Assembly: GCF_009914755.1 (NCBI RefSeq) | Contig: NC_060939.1 | DNA: 64,000 bases | Strand: one strand, 5' to 3' | From: the human T2T-CHM13v2.0 reference genome, Homo sapiens | Part shown: piece after piece, positions 26,605 through 51,786 of the stretch | Numbering within the stretch: the stretch's first letter is position 1 | How the letters are laid out: each line of letters opens with the position of its first letter | Made by a program: the position numbers and the translations under genes | The notes under the pieces: model-generated | What the model saw: only the letters and a program-made list of their open reading frames with translations | What the model was told of the DNA's origin: nothing | Database searches by the model: none

Positions 26605-26950
26605 CAGTAGTCTCCCTTTATCCACCAGGGGCTACGTTTCAGAACCCCCCAACCACTGCCCAGCGGATGCCTGAAACTGCAGTTAGTTCTGAGCCCTATA
26701 TAAAAAAAAATATGCTATGTTTTTCCTTGACCTGTGGTCAAGTTTAGTTTACAAATTAGGTACAGCAAGGTATCAACAACAATAACTAACAATAGAAGAA
26801 CTATAACGATATGCTGTAATAAAAGCTGTGTGAGTGTGGGCTCTCTCTCTCATGCAGTCTCTCTTACAAAATCTTATTGTACTGATTCACCTATTTTCAG
26901 ACCTCAGTTGACCAAGTGTAACTGAAATCATAGAAAGCCAGACCATGAAT
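26605..26950 (+). mobile_element. MER44A (Tigger7-derived MITE)
   Basis: TA-CAGTAGTCTCCCTTTATCC...GGATGCCTGAAAC...CACCTATTTTCAGACC..GTTGACC. Confidence 0.75.
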
Positions 26951-27267
26951 GAGCTGTGCCTCCTTGTGCTAAGGAACTTACCCTGTCTTTGGAAATGGGG
27001 CACGCATTTAAATGGCTCTTCCTTGCCTCTTTTGCTGGACCCTCAACTGGGTCCAGGGATTCCTTTCTCGGCCTTTGTGCTTCAGAAACTCTGTGGACCA
27101 TTAATCATGGCCTCTATTCCCCATCTCTGCAGATAAAACCCCAAACCATTCCTTTCCTAGGCCTGCCTGCATGTTCCACAAGCACTTCATACTCAAGAGG
27201 GAGCATATCACCTACCCTCCTCTCCTCAATGCCTCCCCCATGCCTGTTACTCCTCTTGTATTTCCTT

Positions 27268-27700
27268 ATGTCTTAGCCCATTTTGAATGTCAAAATACCA
27301 TAGACTAAGTAGCTTATACAAGACATTTCTCTTTCTTTTCTTTTTTATTCTAAAAAACCAGTCAAATTTAGCAGTAGGGGGTTGTATAGCAACTTCAGTG
27401 ACACTAATATTAATATGTTCTGATAACCCATTACCAGTGGACTGGGCAAGAAATGTATTTCTCATAGCTCTGAAGGCTGGGAAGTCCAAGATGAAGGTGC
27501 AGCAGATTCAGTATTTAGGGAGAGCCCACTCTCTGGCTCCTAGATGGCACTTTCTTACTGTGTCCTCACGTGGGGGAATGGATGAGCTAATGCTCTGAGG
27601 CCTTTGATAAGGGCACTGACCCTAATCATGGTGGTTCCACCTCACAAAGGCCCAACCTCCTAATACTATCACCTTGAGGTTGGAATTCCAACATGTGAAC
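27268..27700 (-). mobile_element. MLT1A-like MaLR LTR hosting the Y RNA insertion
   Basis: AAATACCATAGACT...ATTTCTCATAGCTCTGAAGGCTGGGAAGTCCAAGATGAAGGTG. Confidence 0.75.
27352..27447 (-). pseudogene. Y RNA (RNY4-derived) retropseudogene
   Basis: Reverse complement of hY4 (AAAAA.CCAGTCAAATTTAGCAGT.GGGGGTTGTATA.CAACTT.AGTGACACTAAT.TTAATA.GTTCTGATAACCCA.TACCA); T-rich tail at 27332-27351; degenerate TSD AAGA..ATTTCTC. Confidence 0.93.
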
Positions 27701-27929
27701 TGTCAATTTATATAGATTATATGTGCCTTATTTCTCTACCAATCATCCAAGTAGTTAATACTGGACTTGGTCTATCCAACATGATTAAATTCAATCCCTA
27801 CCAGAACTGTGAGTTATAGATAGTCCCACATTGAAATAAAAAGGGGGAGGTAAACACTTCTTGCATTTTTTTTCTCACCTATCCACATGGGCCCCATGTG
27901 TCAATCTCTCAAGCAAGTGCTTAACACAC

Positions 27930-28130
27930 AGTACTTAGACATCTGAACACTGAAGTTAGAAAACCAGAATTCAGATACCAGGTCTGTACAGTTTAATAAT
28001 TCTAAGCCTCCATTTTTCTCATCTTTAAAATGGGAATAAAAATAATAACTTCATAAGATTGCTATGGAGCTAAATGAGAAAAGCATTTAGCAACAATGTT
28101 TAGTCCATAATAAGCACACAGGAATATTTA
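27930..28130 (+). mobile_element. MIR
   Basis: TCTAAGCCTCCATTTTTCTCATCTTTAAAATGGGAATAA MIR core. Confidence 0.7.
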
Positions 28131-28290
28131 GTTAACACACAGATTTATGTATTTATTAGTGGGATAGTAGTCTATAGCCTGCTAATAGCCCCTCAGATTC
28201 TGAGAACACTTGGTCAACAATCAGAAATGATTTGTAAATGATGAAATGAATGGTGGTTTCTCCGGGATCACTAATTCTTCCCCAGCCTCA

Positions 28291-30199
<1,909 letters not shown>

Positions 30200-31006
30200 T
30201 CAGATGTCATTTTGGACTGGGGAAACTCCATTGGAAAGGCTTAAACTGGACTTGAAGGAAGTACACAGTGTGGGAAGCCAGTAAGGGAAGGAGGGTCAGC
30301 CGAGTTCATCCCAGGCCTGGTGCTGGGATCATCTGCCAGACTGACTTAGAATGGAATAAGCAACATTTTTTGTGGGGGGTGGGGAGGCAGGGGGCAGGTC
30401 GATGAGGAAGAATTCCTGCTTTGTATTTATAATTTCTCATCTGACTGGGAGATGCCCTGATTAGCCATCAACCACAGAACATTAAGCCCTATCAACATAT
30501 TTGCTTGAGTTTGTGAAGTACGACATCTTAGTTTGTCCAAAACTCTTAGCCAGGGCCAAACCCACGGTTTATAAGGGAATATAGACAATTATTGGCTCTA
30601 CTGAGAAACCTGGAAATAGAATAAATAGATAAATTATAATCCTTGAGTAATCAAACTTGTCTTTTTCTGCTGGTTGATTTTTCTGCATTAGTGCAGTAAA
30701 ATTTAAGACCAGCTATCCAAAGGAATAAAGCAATTGTATTGTCCAGAGGATGAGGTCCTCATTCCTCTTAGCTCCAACTCCTGGTCCCTGCCTGACTATG
30801 CAAACAAGCATGTAGTAAGGAAATACTGCCCAAGAGTGGGTCTGTGAATGAGTCCTCTGGGCCATAGGATATGTTTGGGCTGGAATCCTCATGTTTCCAT
30901 TCAAATGATGTTTACAAGGAACTCTTCATGGCACGAGTAATTGCCTAGTATGTATTACAAAGTGAAAACAACAGGCTACATAATAATGTATATAATATGA
31001 CTTCTT

Positions 31007-31504
31007 TTTTTATTATACTTTAAGTTCTAGGGTACACGTACAGAACGTGCAGTTTTGTTACATAGGTATACACGTGCCATGGTGGTTTGCTGTACCCATC
31101 AACCCATCACCTACATTAGGTATTTTTCCTAATGTTATCCCTCCCCTAGCCCCCCACCCCTCCCACAGGCCCCAGTGTGTGATGTTCCCCTCCCTGTATC
31201 CATGTGTTCTCATTGTTCAACTCCCACTTATGAGTGAGAACATGCAGTGTTTGGTTTTCTGTTTTTGTGATAGTTTGTTGAGAATGATGGTTTCTAGCTT
31301 CATCCATGTCCCTGCAAAGGACATGAACTCATCCTTTTTTATGGCTGCATAGTATTCCATGGTATATATGTACCACATTTTCTTTATCCAGTCTATCACT
31401 GATGGACATTTGGGTTGGTTCCAAGTCTTTCCTATTGTGAATAGTGCCGCAATAAACATAGTGTGCATGTGTCTTTATAGTAGAATGATTTATAATCCTT
31501 TGGG
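31007..31504 (-). mobile_element. 5'-truncated L1PA (3' UTR, ~500 bp)
   Basis: TTATTATACTTTAAGTTCTAGGGTACA...CTCCCACTTATGAGTGAGAACATG; 11-bp TSD TATGACTTCTT at 30996-31006 and 31505-31515. Confidence 0.92.
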
Positions 31505-31848
31505 TATGACTTCTTATGCATTAAAGATTGAAGCCTGTCTGTAGTCCCAGCACTTCGGGAGGCCAGTGGTGGGACTACAAGCAGGATCCAGTGGGAGAAT
31601 TGCTTGAGCGCAGGAGTTTGAGACCAGCCTGGGCAACATAGATCCCCATCTCTATGATTTTAAAAACAAGACTGGAAGGAGACCGAGTACGATTTTGAGT
31701 TATAAAAAAAAAAGGGTGAAAATTTTCTATTCCTTTGTCCTTAATTCCAAGTTTTTACAATAAGATCATCCACAAACCTTTCAAGCTCTTTCTTTTGTGA
31801 ACTTCTAGCAGCATTAGCCACTCCTTTTTCTTGAAGTGCCTTCTCTAG

Positions 31849-34020
<2,172 letters not shown>

Positions 34021-35380
34021 ATTCTTTCCTCCTTTACCCAGTCAGTGCCCCTTTTCCCTGGAATGCTTCAGTTCTCAGTTTATGTCATTTTCCTGGGAAG
34101 ACTTCCCAGATTCCCACCTCCTTACCCCCTCCTACCTCCATTCTTCCAAATAAAACTTAGCATGCTTACGAAGTTTCTGTGAGGAACACAGGTTCCTTGT
34201 CTGTCCAGGAAAGTGCCACCTTCTTACCCCCATCCCATGTTGCACCTGAAGGGGTGATAATAGGACAGGTATACCTTGTGGGGAGAGCTATTTTAGGGAT
34301 TTTGACCTCCATACTCTGTTTGTTTGTTTTTTTTTTTTTTGTTCTTATAGAACTTCTCAGTGGTGCCATGGTATTTCTCTGTGACTAACTGGACGTGACT
34401 TGGACACCCACTCTGTTATGTGAGGCATTTTGGGGTTCCCTTCCAGCCAGACACACAGCAGTGCAGCACAAATCTTGATCTTGTGCTGCTGCAGGGGATC
34501 CATTCTGTAACTAGCCTGGTGATCCAATCTGGGGCAGGAGTTCAGACAATTTGGGGTTGTCTCTTCCTTCTGCCAGTTTCTTGAGCCCAAATTCAGCTTG
34601 GTCTAGGGGTTGACCTAGTCCAGCTCTTCCCAAATATAGGGGCAGATCTGCTCACATGTGGTAGATTGCGTTCTCCATTCCTGAGTTAGAGATTGTGTAT
34701 GTAGATCCATTGATAGAGGCCAGGCAGGGGAAAACTGAGGGCACCAACTGTGCATATCAAACCCATGAGCTCTAATGGGGCCCATGCCATCCTCTGTCTA
34801 GGTACCCCAGAACCATGGCTTGAAGTTGGTGTTCATTCCCTGACTTAGGCATTGGGAAGGGCCAAGGTTGAGCACTGGAAGCAGCACGGGCAATGTCCCT
34901 GAGTCTCTGCTTGTTCTGAGGGAAGCACTCCCAGGTGCCCAGTGGGCATTTTTATCATAGTCATTGCAGAAAATAGCACCAGAGCACAGAACTGCTGACA
35001 CCCAAGAGCACAAAGTACATCTCCTGGCGTGGCCCATTCCACCTGTGGGTTGGCCAGCACCCACTGAGGTTGTGGCTGGTACCTGCAAGCACTGCAGACA
35101 GGTCTTAGAGATATTTCCCAGGTAAGAGAAGGGGCCAGAGTCAGGGCCGAGTCTTACTCCATGCCCATGTCACTGCCATCCTCATCCTCAATCAAATAGC
35201 CATATTCAGTAAAAAGTTAAAAATGTGATTCCTTTGCAGAATAATGTCTGCATTTATTATATTGCTGTGTAGTGTTTTACAGTTTAACTTACGGCTATTA
35301 AAGAGTTTAAAGTTTGGCTATATGTTACTTAATTGACTTATCAAAATGGCTGTTTAGTTATTGATAATATTCCTGAATAT

Positions 35381-35873
35381 ACCATCCATGTTTCTGCAGA
35401 GGACACTCTCTCTTTCCTTTTTATGACTGCATTAGTATTCATGGTGTATATGTACCACATTTTCTTTATCCAGTCTATCACTGATGGGCATTTGGGTTGA
35501 CTCCATGTCTTTGCTATAGTGAACAGTGCTGCAGTGAACATTTGCCTGCATGTGTCTTTATGGTAGAATGACTTTATAGTCCTCTGGGTATATACCCAGT
35601 AATGGGATTTCTGGGTTGAATGGTAGTTCTGTTTTTAGCTTTTTGAGGAATGGCTATACTGTTTTCCACAATAGTTGAACTAATTTACACTCCCACCCAC
35701 AGTGTATAAGTGTTTTTTTCTCTACTACCTCACCAGCATCTGTTATTTTTTGGCTTTTTAATAGCCATTCTGACTAGTGTGAGATTATATCTTATCATGA
35801 TTTTGATTTGCATTTCTCTAATGATCAGTGACATTGAGCTTTTTTCATTTGTCTGTTGGTCCCATGTATGTCT
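35381..35873 (-). mobile_element. L1P fragment (ORF2 end/3'UTR)
   Basis: ORF 35341-35541 MFTAALFTIAKTWSQPKCPS resembles the L1 ORF2 C-terminus; GGGTATATACCCAGTAATGGGAT. Confidence 0.88.
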
Positions 35874-35874
35874 T

Positions 35875-38445
<2,571 letters not shown>

Positions 38446-38448
38446 AGC

Positions 38449-38680
38449 TATCTATCTATCTATCTATCTATCAAATATGCTTATTGGTTTTTTATATATA
38501 TGTAGTATATAGTATATATATAATATATAGTGTATATTTATATATAGTATATATTTAGTGTACACACAAATTATATAAATATATGGTATATATACTAAAT
38601 TATATAATATATAGTATATATATACGTCTGTGTGTATATATATGTGTGTGTATATATATGTATGTATATATAGAGAGAGA
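38449..38680. repeat. (CTAT)n and (TA/TG)n simple repeats
   Basis: Direct reading. Confidence 0.9.
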
Positions 38681-39451
38681 GTGCACATACTTTGGGAGAG
38701 ACAGAGGATTGAGAGATGGGTTCAGAGAAACCTTGAGGCTGCTTCTTTAGTTCAACGTGTCAAAATGTCAAATTTCTGTGCCCCAGCAGTTACCATTCCC
38801 ACCATCCATCTCCAAATCTTTGTCATCATCCTGCCTGGTATAGGTAGGAGGAAAATGATGACTCACCAGAATGATCAGGACACTTGTGGTTGAGACTTGT
38901 TTGTTTGTTTTGCACAGGTACAAGTCAATATTCAAACTCGCTTTGGAACATTTTTATGACTTCCTCTGAAATGTGATTAACAAGGTTAAATACCCAGCCC
39001 TTGGTATCTTTCTACTACACAAGAGAGCTTTTAATTTCATAGCAATAAATATTTATTGCTTCCTGGTTCATTTCTGGGATTTATGCTCAGCACTTGAGGG
39101 AAGATGATGGGTTCAGATTGCATCAGCTAGGGCTGTCATTGGCACCTGTCTTCTCCCTGCTGTTCTCCCTGTAACCTGTACCTCTGCCCCTACTGCCAGC
39201 TTTCCCCAATTATATCTGAACTACTTTTAAAATTTTTGTTTGTTTTCTTTGACTATTCTTGTTTTTAAGAAATCTGTGGGCACTATCATGCTTCCTGGAA
39301 AAATCGCAGCCTTTGAATGACTACTGCAGTAAGATTGCAATAAGATAAATTTCCCAGGAAGTGGGGGTGGTTGTCTTGCTTAATTGATTTTTTTCTAATG
39401 TCCTTCGGATTAGGTAGAAAACCTTTTAAAAAATACTCAGGTGAGTGCTGA

Positions 39452-39860
39452 GGGGGTGGTGGCTCATGCCTGTAATCTTGGCACTTTGAGAGGCCAAAGC
39501 AGGCAGATCACTTGAAGTCAGGAATTTGAGACCAGCCTGGTGAACATGGTGAAACCTCATCTCTACCAAAAAATACAAAAAATAGCCAGGCAAAAAAATT
39601 AGCTGGGCATGGTGGCACATGCCTGTAGTCTCAGCTACTCGGGAGGCTGAGGTGGGAAGGTGGGAGACTCTGTTTTTTTTTGTTTTTTTTTTTTTTTTTT
39701 TGAGACGGAGTCTTGCTCTGGGGAGACTCTCTTGAGCCTGGGAGGTGGAGATTGCAGTGAGCTGAGATCCCGCCACTGCTCTCCATCCAGCCTGGGCAAC
39801 AGAGTGAGATCCTGTCTCAAAAAACAAACCAACAAAAAACCCTCAAACAAACAAAAACAA
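39452..39860 (+). mobile_element. Alu containing a nested mini-Alu (39672-39720, minus strand)
   Basis: poly(T)+GAGACGGAGTCTTGCTCTG flanked by GGGAGACTCT at 39662-39671 and 39721-39730. Confidence 0.9.
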
Positions 39861-40020
39861 ATAAAAACTCAAGTGAAATATTTGTGAAAGGGAGAAGTTT
39901 ACTTTCCTTGGAAAATAGATGGTTGAACATTACCATTAAGAAAAATTATTTAAAAGCTGGAAATGAGAAAGTTGGGCAGCATAGCATAGTCTTGCAGTAT
40001 CAGATAAGGGCATCCAAGGA

Positions 40021-40611
<591 letters not shown>

Positions 40612-40632
40612 CTAAGGATGTTTTAATTATCT

Positions 40633-40847
40633 AGGGCAAAGCTTCTCAGTCTTCACACCAGTGACATTTTGAGCTGGATAATTCTTAGTTGTAAAGAGCT
40701 ATCCTGTTCATTGTAGGATGTGCAGCATCATCTATGGCCTCCACGCACAAGATGCCAGCAGACACCACCTCCTGTGACCAAAAATGTCTCCAGACAATGT
40801 CAAATGTGCCCTAGGGAGGCGAAATCACCCCTGGTTGAGAACCACTG
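40633..40847 (+). mobile_element. MER20 (hAT-Charlie MITE), left arm of the inverted duplication
   Basis: GACATTTTGAGCTGGATAATTCTT...GTGACCAAAAATGTCTCCAGACA..GTCAAATGT..CCT...AAATCACCCCTGGTTGAGAACCACTG. Confidence 0.88.
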
Positions 40848-41402
40848 ATCAGGGAGAATGCACCTTTGACTTTGCTATTTGCTAATAATAAACATGTTAA
40901 ATGGCCGGAAAGCACTGTGTCTAGCTTTAGCTAACTCAAGCTCAGTAAAAGTATATGTTAACTTGCAGATCTTGTTTGGTAGAGATACAAATAATGTATA
41001 TCCGGTAGAAGAGAAGGGCTCAAATGTTACGATTTTATATGGCCCTATAAGGCATTAGCCAGTTCTATGTCTAAGCTAGGAACTTTATTCCAACATTCTT
41101 TTATAAATGTCTACAAATATTTCGTTTCTCAAGGTGCCCTTTGAATCAGCTTTACTATCTTACTTCTTCCCTCATTAATTAGTAAGTTGAGTAAGTTTTT
41201 GACATCTTCAATGCATATTAGTAAAGAGTCAAGTTTTAAACTTCTGTGAAAATTATAATTTAGCATGATCGACTTTTCTCTCTGGGCTGACATGAGCTGG
41301 GGCTGCCAATCATAATATTAGGGCATTTCTCTTCTACTGGGCATAAATTACTTGTATCTCTACCAAACAAGATCTTCAAGTCAAAGGTACATTCTCCCTG
41401 AT

Positions 41403-41901
<499 letters not shown>

Positions 41902-42058
41902 CTACCTTTCAGATTTGGCTTTCAATTTTTCTCATACCTGTGTGGTGCTTTTAGATCCTTCTTGTCTCTCACAACCCGGTCAGCGTATCCCTAGCATCAC
42001 TGATCTGGTAGGGTCCTCACCATTTCTACCCGAACTATTGCAGTATCTCCCCAGCTAG

Positions 42059-42704
<646 letters not shown>

Positions 42705-43781
42705 TACTTCCTGCCTTTTGTGCCATCCTTTCATCCTTGCTGAGCTCTGCTACCAACTAAGGATTCTCAAAACATGGTTCTGACATGTTCCTCCCAGACA
42801 AAGATGCCAGGGAGCAGCATCACAGAATTTCTGATCTGAAAGAGCTTGTCTTTTAGATTTAGGTTTAGGGGTTCCAGTTTCTACACCCTGAGGAAACTGA
42901 GACCCAGAGAAGACAAGTAGCTGATTAAAGTCACACAGGGAAGAGAATATTGTATAGTCAGGTTGAAAGTGCCCTAGACAGTTCCTAGAAATTGACATTG
43001 TGCATAAATCCCGGATATTATTCTGCTCCCCATTCATTTTGGTTGGAAAGTACAAGGCAGAAACTGTTCCCACTAAACGAGTGTGGAGAAAGGGGTGCCA
43101 AGTAATTGAGACTTCCCTGGTTTCAATCAACACCTTCTAGATAAGTCTTTCATTATGAAAAACCACACACTGCTTAATCTGTCTTCCTGTGGCCTTAGGA
43201 TCCTGCCTGCTTTAACCTCAACAAGCTCTGGGTTCCTTATTCTGCCACTCATTTGATTGTGCAGTTGGTTTTTCCTGATACTCCCATAATTAATTCTGTT
43301 TGCTTTTCATTGTATGTTCCTGCTTTCTTCCAGCTCTCTGGCCTCCCAGTCTACTTCCGTCTTTCTGTACTAACAACACCTTCTAGCCTCTGCTTTTTTG
43401 GATTTTCCCACAAAGAACTAACAAGTTGAGTTAAGTCCCTTCATTAACATTTTTTTAAAATCCCCATGTATAATTGGATCAGCGTGGTGTTCGATGCACG
43501 TTATTTTTGCACACTTGCACAGACTGTAATAAGTATCCCATTGGATTGTTGGGGAACAGGAAGCTGACTGGAGCCCACAAGAGTGTCTTATATAAATAGC
43601 ACCCAAGGTATGTGGGCTCTGCCACTCAGAATGTGGCCAAGATTAGATGTTTCCCGTTAGAGGTAATAAAATTCCATGTTTATATCAATTAAGATTGGGT
43701 TGTTTGCTTCCTTTTTCAAATGAATTACATAACTTTCCTCTACAAAATCACTGGCAGTGTGCGGTTATTCAAAATCAGTGA

Positions 43782-44577
<796 letters not shown>

Positions 44578-44619
44578 ACCACAAAGCTTTATTTCAAAGC
44601 ACAGCTGTTTAGTTCTAGC

Positions 44620-45930
<1,311 letters not shown>

Positions 45931-46957
45931 CTTTTTGTTAAAAACACGATTATTTAAATATACTGTAACTCAAGCATAACTGAAGAGGTAATCTGTGGCC
46001 TTTAAAAACAAGGTAGTTTTAGTGTGTTGTCCAGGGTGTTGAAAAAAATGAAAAAAGAAAAAAAAGAAAAATGTAGCTTTCAATGTACTACCATGGAATG
46101 ACTTTCAGTATATTGTCAAGAGAAAAAGTTTCAAAAAAGCAGGTAAAATATTGAGTTTTTGTAAAATAATAATATGTTGACTGCTGTTGACATGCTTTTT
46201 TCTGTAAGTTTCTTCACAAGGAGAGCATGAGTCACTAGGGTACTGAATGAAATGTGTCTTAGAATTCAGTGATCCTTCCTCCTTCGGAGCTGGGCAGTCT
46301 CATCCATCCAACCACTTTATCACACACTCCACAAACAGTTACGTGTTCCCCAGGCAATGAGTGTGAGGCTAAGCAAACTGACCTTGAAGCTGGATTCCCT
46401 GAGCATGAATTCATCAGTGTTACTCTGGGCAAGTTACTTTTTCCAGTTAGGATCCACTTTATCTATCTTTATGGTTGAAGAAACAGGCACAGGGAAGAGA
46501 AAGGTTATATCCAAGGGAGTTCCCCAGCCAGGAAGTAGCCCAGCCTGATCTAGAATTGTACTAGGAGTTGGCCAGCCTGACTAGGAATTATTTTACTTGC
46601 AGTGTGGGCAGCTGGACTGGAGTGGAGAAGTAGGTAGGCCTGGCGCTTCTCTGCCAGGGTATAAATTCTGGCTCTGCCACCTACCAGTTGTTATAACTTT
46701 GAGTAAGTTACTCAGTGTCTCTCTGCCTTATAGGATTTGTTGTGAGAACTAAATGTTAGGTGCTTGGAACAGCATTTGGCACATACTTAGACTCAGTATA
46801 TCTTAGTTGTTGTTATTTGTAAGATATTAGGGATTAAAAAGTGAACAAGGAAGCATAATCCTTGTACTGGAGGAACTGACAACATAGCCAAGTATAGAGT
46901 GTGGGAAATAGTATGATGAGGAAGCATTTCAGGATGGTATGACAGCTAGGAAGAGGG

Positions 46958-47255
46958 GCTGGGCATGGTGGCTCAGGCCTGCAATCCTAGCACTTTGGGA
47001 GGTGGAGGCGAGTGGATCACTTGAGCTCAGGAGTTCGAGAGCAGCCTGGGCAACATGGTGAAAGCCCATCTCTACAAATAAAAAAATTAACTGGGTATGG
47101 TGGCACACATCTGTACTTCCAGCTATTTGGGGGGCTGAGGCAGGAGGATGCTTGAGCCCAAGAGGTGGAGGTCACTGTGAGGTGAGCTGAGATCACGCCA
47201 TTGCATTCCAGCTGGGTGGCAGTGTGACGCGCTCTTTAAAAAAAAAAAAAAAAAA
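46958..47255 (+). mobile_element. AluJ
   Basis: Dimer flanked by CTAGGAAGAGG on both sides. Confidence 0.9.
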
Positions 47256-48278
47256 CTAGGAAGAGGTGCGTTCAACCCAGGGAAGGGTCATGGGAGGCTG
47301 CCTAGAGGAAGTCGCAGGCAAGCTGAGGAGGCAGAGAGAGCAGCCTGAATCAAAGTCCAGAGATGATAAAGAGCCTGGTTATTTTCAGAAGCCAAAAGGA
47401 AGGCAAGAGAAATACCTGAGCACACATTGAGACAAGGCCAGGCATTGTGACTCGAGGCTCAGGCCACTGTGTTGGACCTTCAGCTCAGTGGTTCCTGCTT
47501 CTCCTGTTGTTTGTCTGGCTGATCTCTGCTCACCCATCAAGTATTAGCCTAAATGCCACTTCCTCCAGGATGTCTTCCCGGAACCCAAGCTTCCCACAGT
47601 TTATGTCTTCTTGCTGCAGGAACCATTGGTACTTTTAGTGCTTTTTGCACTTTATTGTTAATGCTAGATTGTTGCTCTTCCCCTCTATGAATGCCTATAC
47701 AAGTGTATTTCATAGCATTTATTTACTAACACATAACCATTAGTATGCTCAGGTCATAAGTGGGATAACAGAGGCAGAGGGAGAATCTAGGAGTTTCAGG
47801 GACAGGATTTTCCATAACCATTCTAACATGGGCTCTAGTCCACAACCAGGCCAGACTCCAGCTGCTGTTCCAGAGCCCCCTGGGCAGGGCTATCGCAGGA
47901 AACACTGCTCAAAGACAAAGCTCATCTCTGATGAGCTGGAATTATATTATATGACAGCCGGAAGGTACTGAGAACTAAATCAGTCTGTTCAACCTCCCAC
48001 CTGTGCAGTTTTACCCTGTGCCTCCCTGGCAGGGAGAGAAGAGAAGAGGCCCACGACTGGCTCCTACAGGTATGCCCTCTTCCTCCTCACCTTCTCCTCT
48101 GCTCCCCACCTAGAAAGGTAGACTGTCTGCCCAGGCCCAGCACAAGGTGTCAGTGATCCATGCCTGAAGGATGGCAGTGACCACAACTACACACATGCAC
48201 CTTTCCAGGGATCCAGAGTGTGCAGTTGATAGGACATTACAGGTTGGGGGGCACAGAAATACTTTTCTCGTTTGATAC

Positions 48279-50484
<2,206 letters not shown>

Positions 50485-50645
50485 CTGCCAAAACAGATGG
50501 CATGAAGAGCCAGTGTTTGTTACTGGTTTTAATATCAATAAAATAAAACTAAAATGGTGTCACATGTTATTTCATTTAATGCATTTTAATATTTTTATAT
50601 AATAGTTGGCCTGGTGATCATGTTCCCTTAAAAGAGACAATATCC

Positions 50646-50935
50646 TTTTTTTGAGATGGAGTCTCACTCTGTCACCCAAGCTGGAGGTGCAGTGGCACCA
50701 TCTTAGCTCACTGCAACGTCTGCCTCCCGGGTTCAAGTAATATTCCTGCCTCAGGCTCTGGAGTAGCTGGAATTACAGGTGTGCACCACCACACCCAGCT
50801 AATTTTTGTATTTTTAGTAGAGACAGGCTTTTGCCATATTGGTCAGGCTAGTCTCGAACTCCTGACCTCAAGTGATCCACTCACCTCGGCCTCCCAAAAT
50901 GCTGGGATTACAGGCGTGAGCCACTGCACCCGGCC
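50646..50935 (-). mobile_element. AluS
   Basis: Reverse Alu flanked by CARTATCCTTTTT on both sides. Confidence 0.92.
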
Positions 50936-51078
50936 CAGTATCCTTTTTATAAGATGAGTGAATGAAGTGGCAATTTGTGGGTGCTAGGTGATGCAAATGT
51001 TTGAATTATATTAAGTTGCTATTATTATAAAAACACTCGATTTTTTACATACATAAAAATCACCTTTGCAACTACTAG

Positions 51079-51786
51079 AGTAACTGCCCAATGGATTCTT
51101 CTTGCCTAGAAAGTGCTGATTTATCAAGATAGGGAAATTGCAACAGAGAAAGAATAATTCATGTAGAGCCGGCTATACAGGAGACTTCAGTTCAAAGTCA
51201 GTTGCCCTGAAAACTTTGGGATCTGGGTTTTTAAGGATAATTTGGTGGGTAGGGGCCAGTGAGTCAGGAGTGCTGATTGGTTGGGTTGGAGATGAAATCA
51301 TAGGCAGTTGAAGCTGTCCTTTTGTGTTGAGTCAGTTTCTGAGCTGGGGGGCCAGGAGACCAGATGAGCCAGTTTATCAATCTGGATGGTGCCTCTCAAG
51401 GGCTGGGGCTGCAAAACATCTCAGGTAATTATCTTAGGTTTTACAATAGTGACATTATCCCCAGGAGCAATTTGAGGAGAGTCAGAGTCTTAGAGCCTCC
51501 CAGGTGCATGGCTCCTAAGCTATAGTTTTTAATCTTGTGGCTAATTTGGTAGCTCCACAAAGGCAATCTAGTCTTCAGGCAGGAAGGGGGTTTGTTTTGG
51601 GAAAGGGCTGTTATTATCTTTGTTTCAAAGTTAAACTATAAACTAAGTTCCTCCTACAGTTAGTTTGGCCTCCACCCAGGAATGAACAAGGACAACTTGG
51701 AAGTTAGAAGCAAGATGGAGTCAGTTAGGTCACATCTCTTTCACTGTCATAATTTTCTGAGTTAGGATTTTGCAACAGCGATTTCG
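51079..51786 (-). mobile_element. LTR8-family solo LTR
   Basis: GATTTATCAAGATAGGGAAATTGCAA...GTTAGAAGCAAGATGGAGTC...TTTTGCAA. Confidence 0.8.

Noticed and set aside
38850-38865. Composite NFAT:AP-1 site
   Set aside because: Spacing between GGAAAA and TGACTCA is 3 nt rather than the canonical 2; only the AP-1 site is retained
43530-43615. CCAAT + TATATAAA + AAG|GTATGT as a novel promoter/exon
   Set aside because: The donor is only ~10 nt after the TATA, before any expected TSS; motifs are consistent with chance
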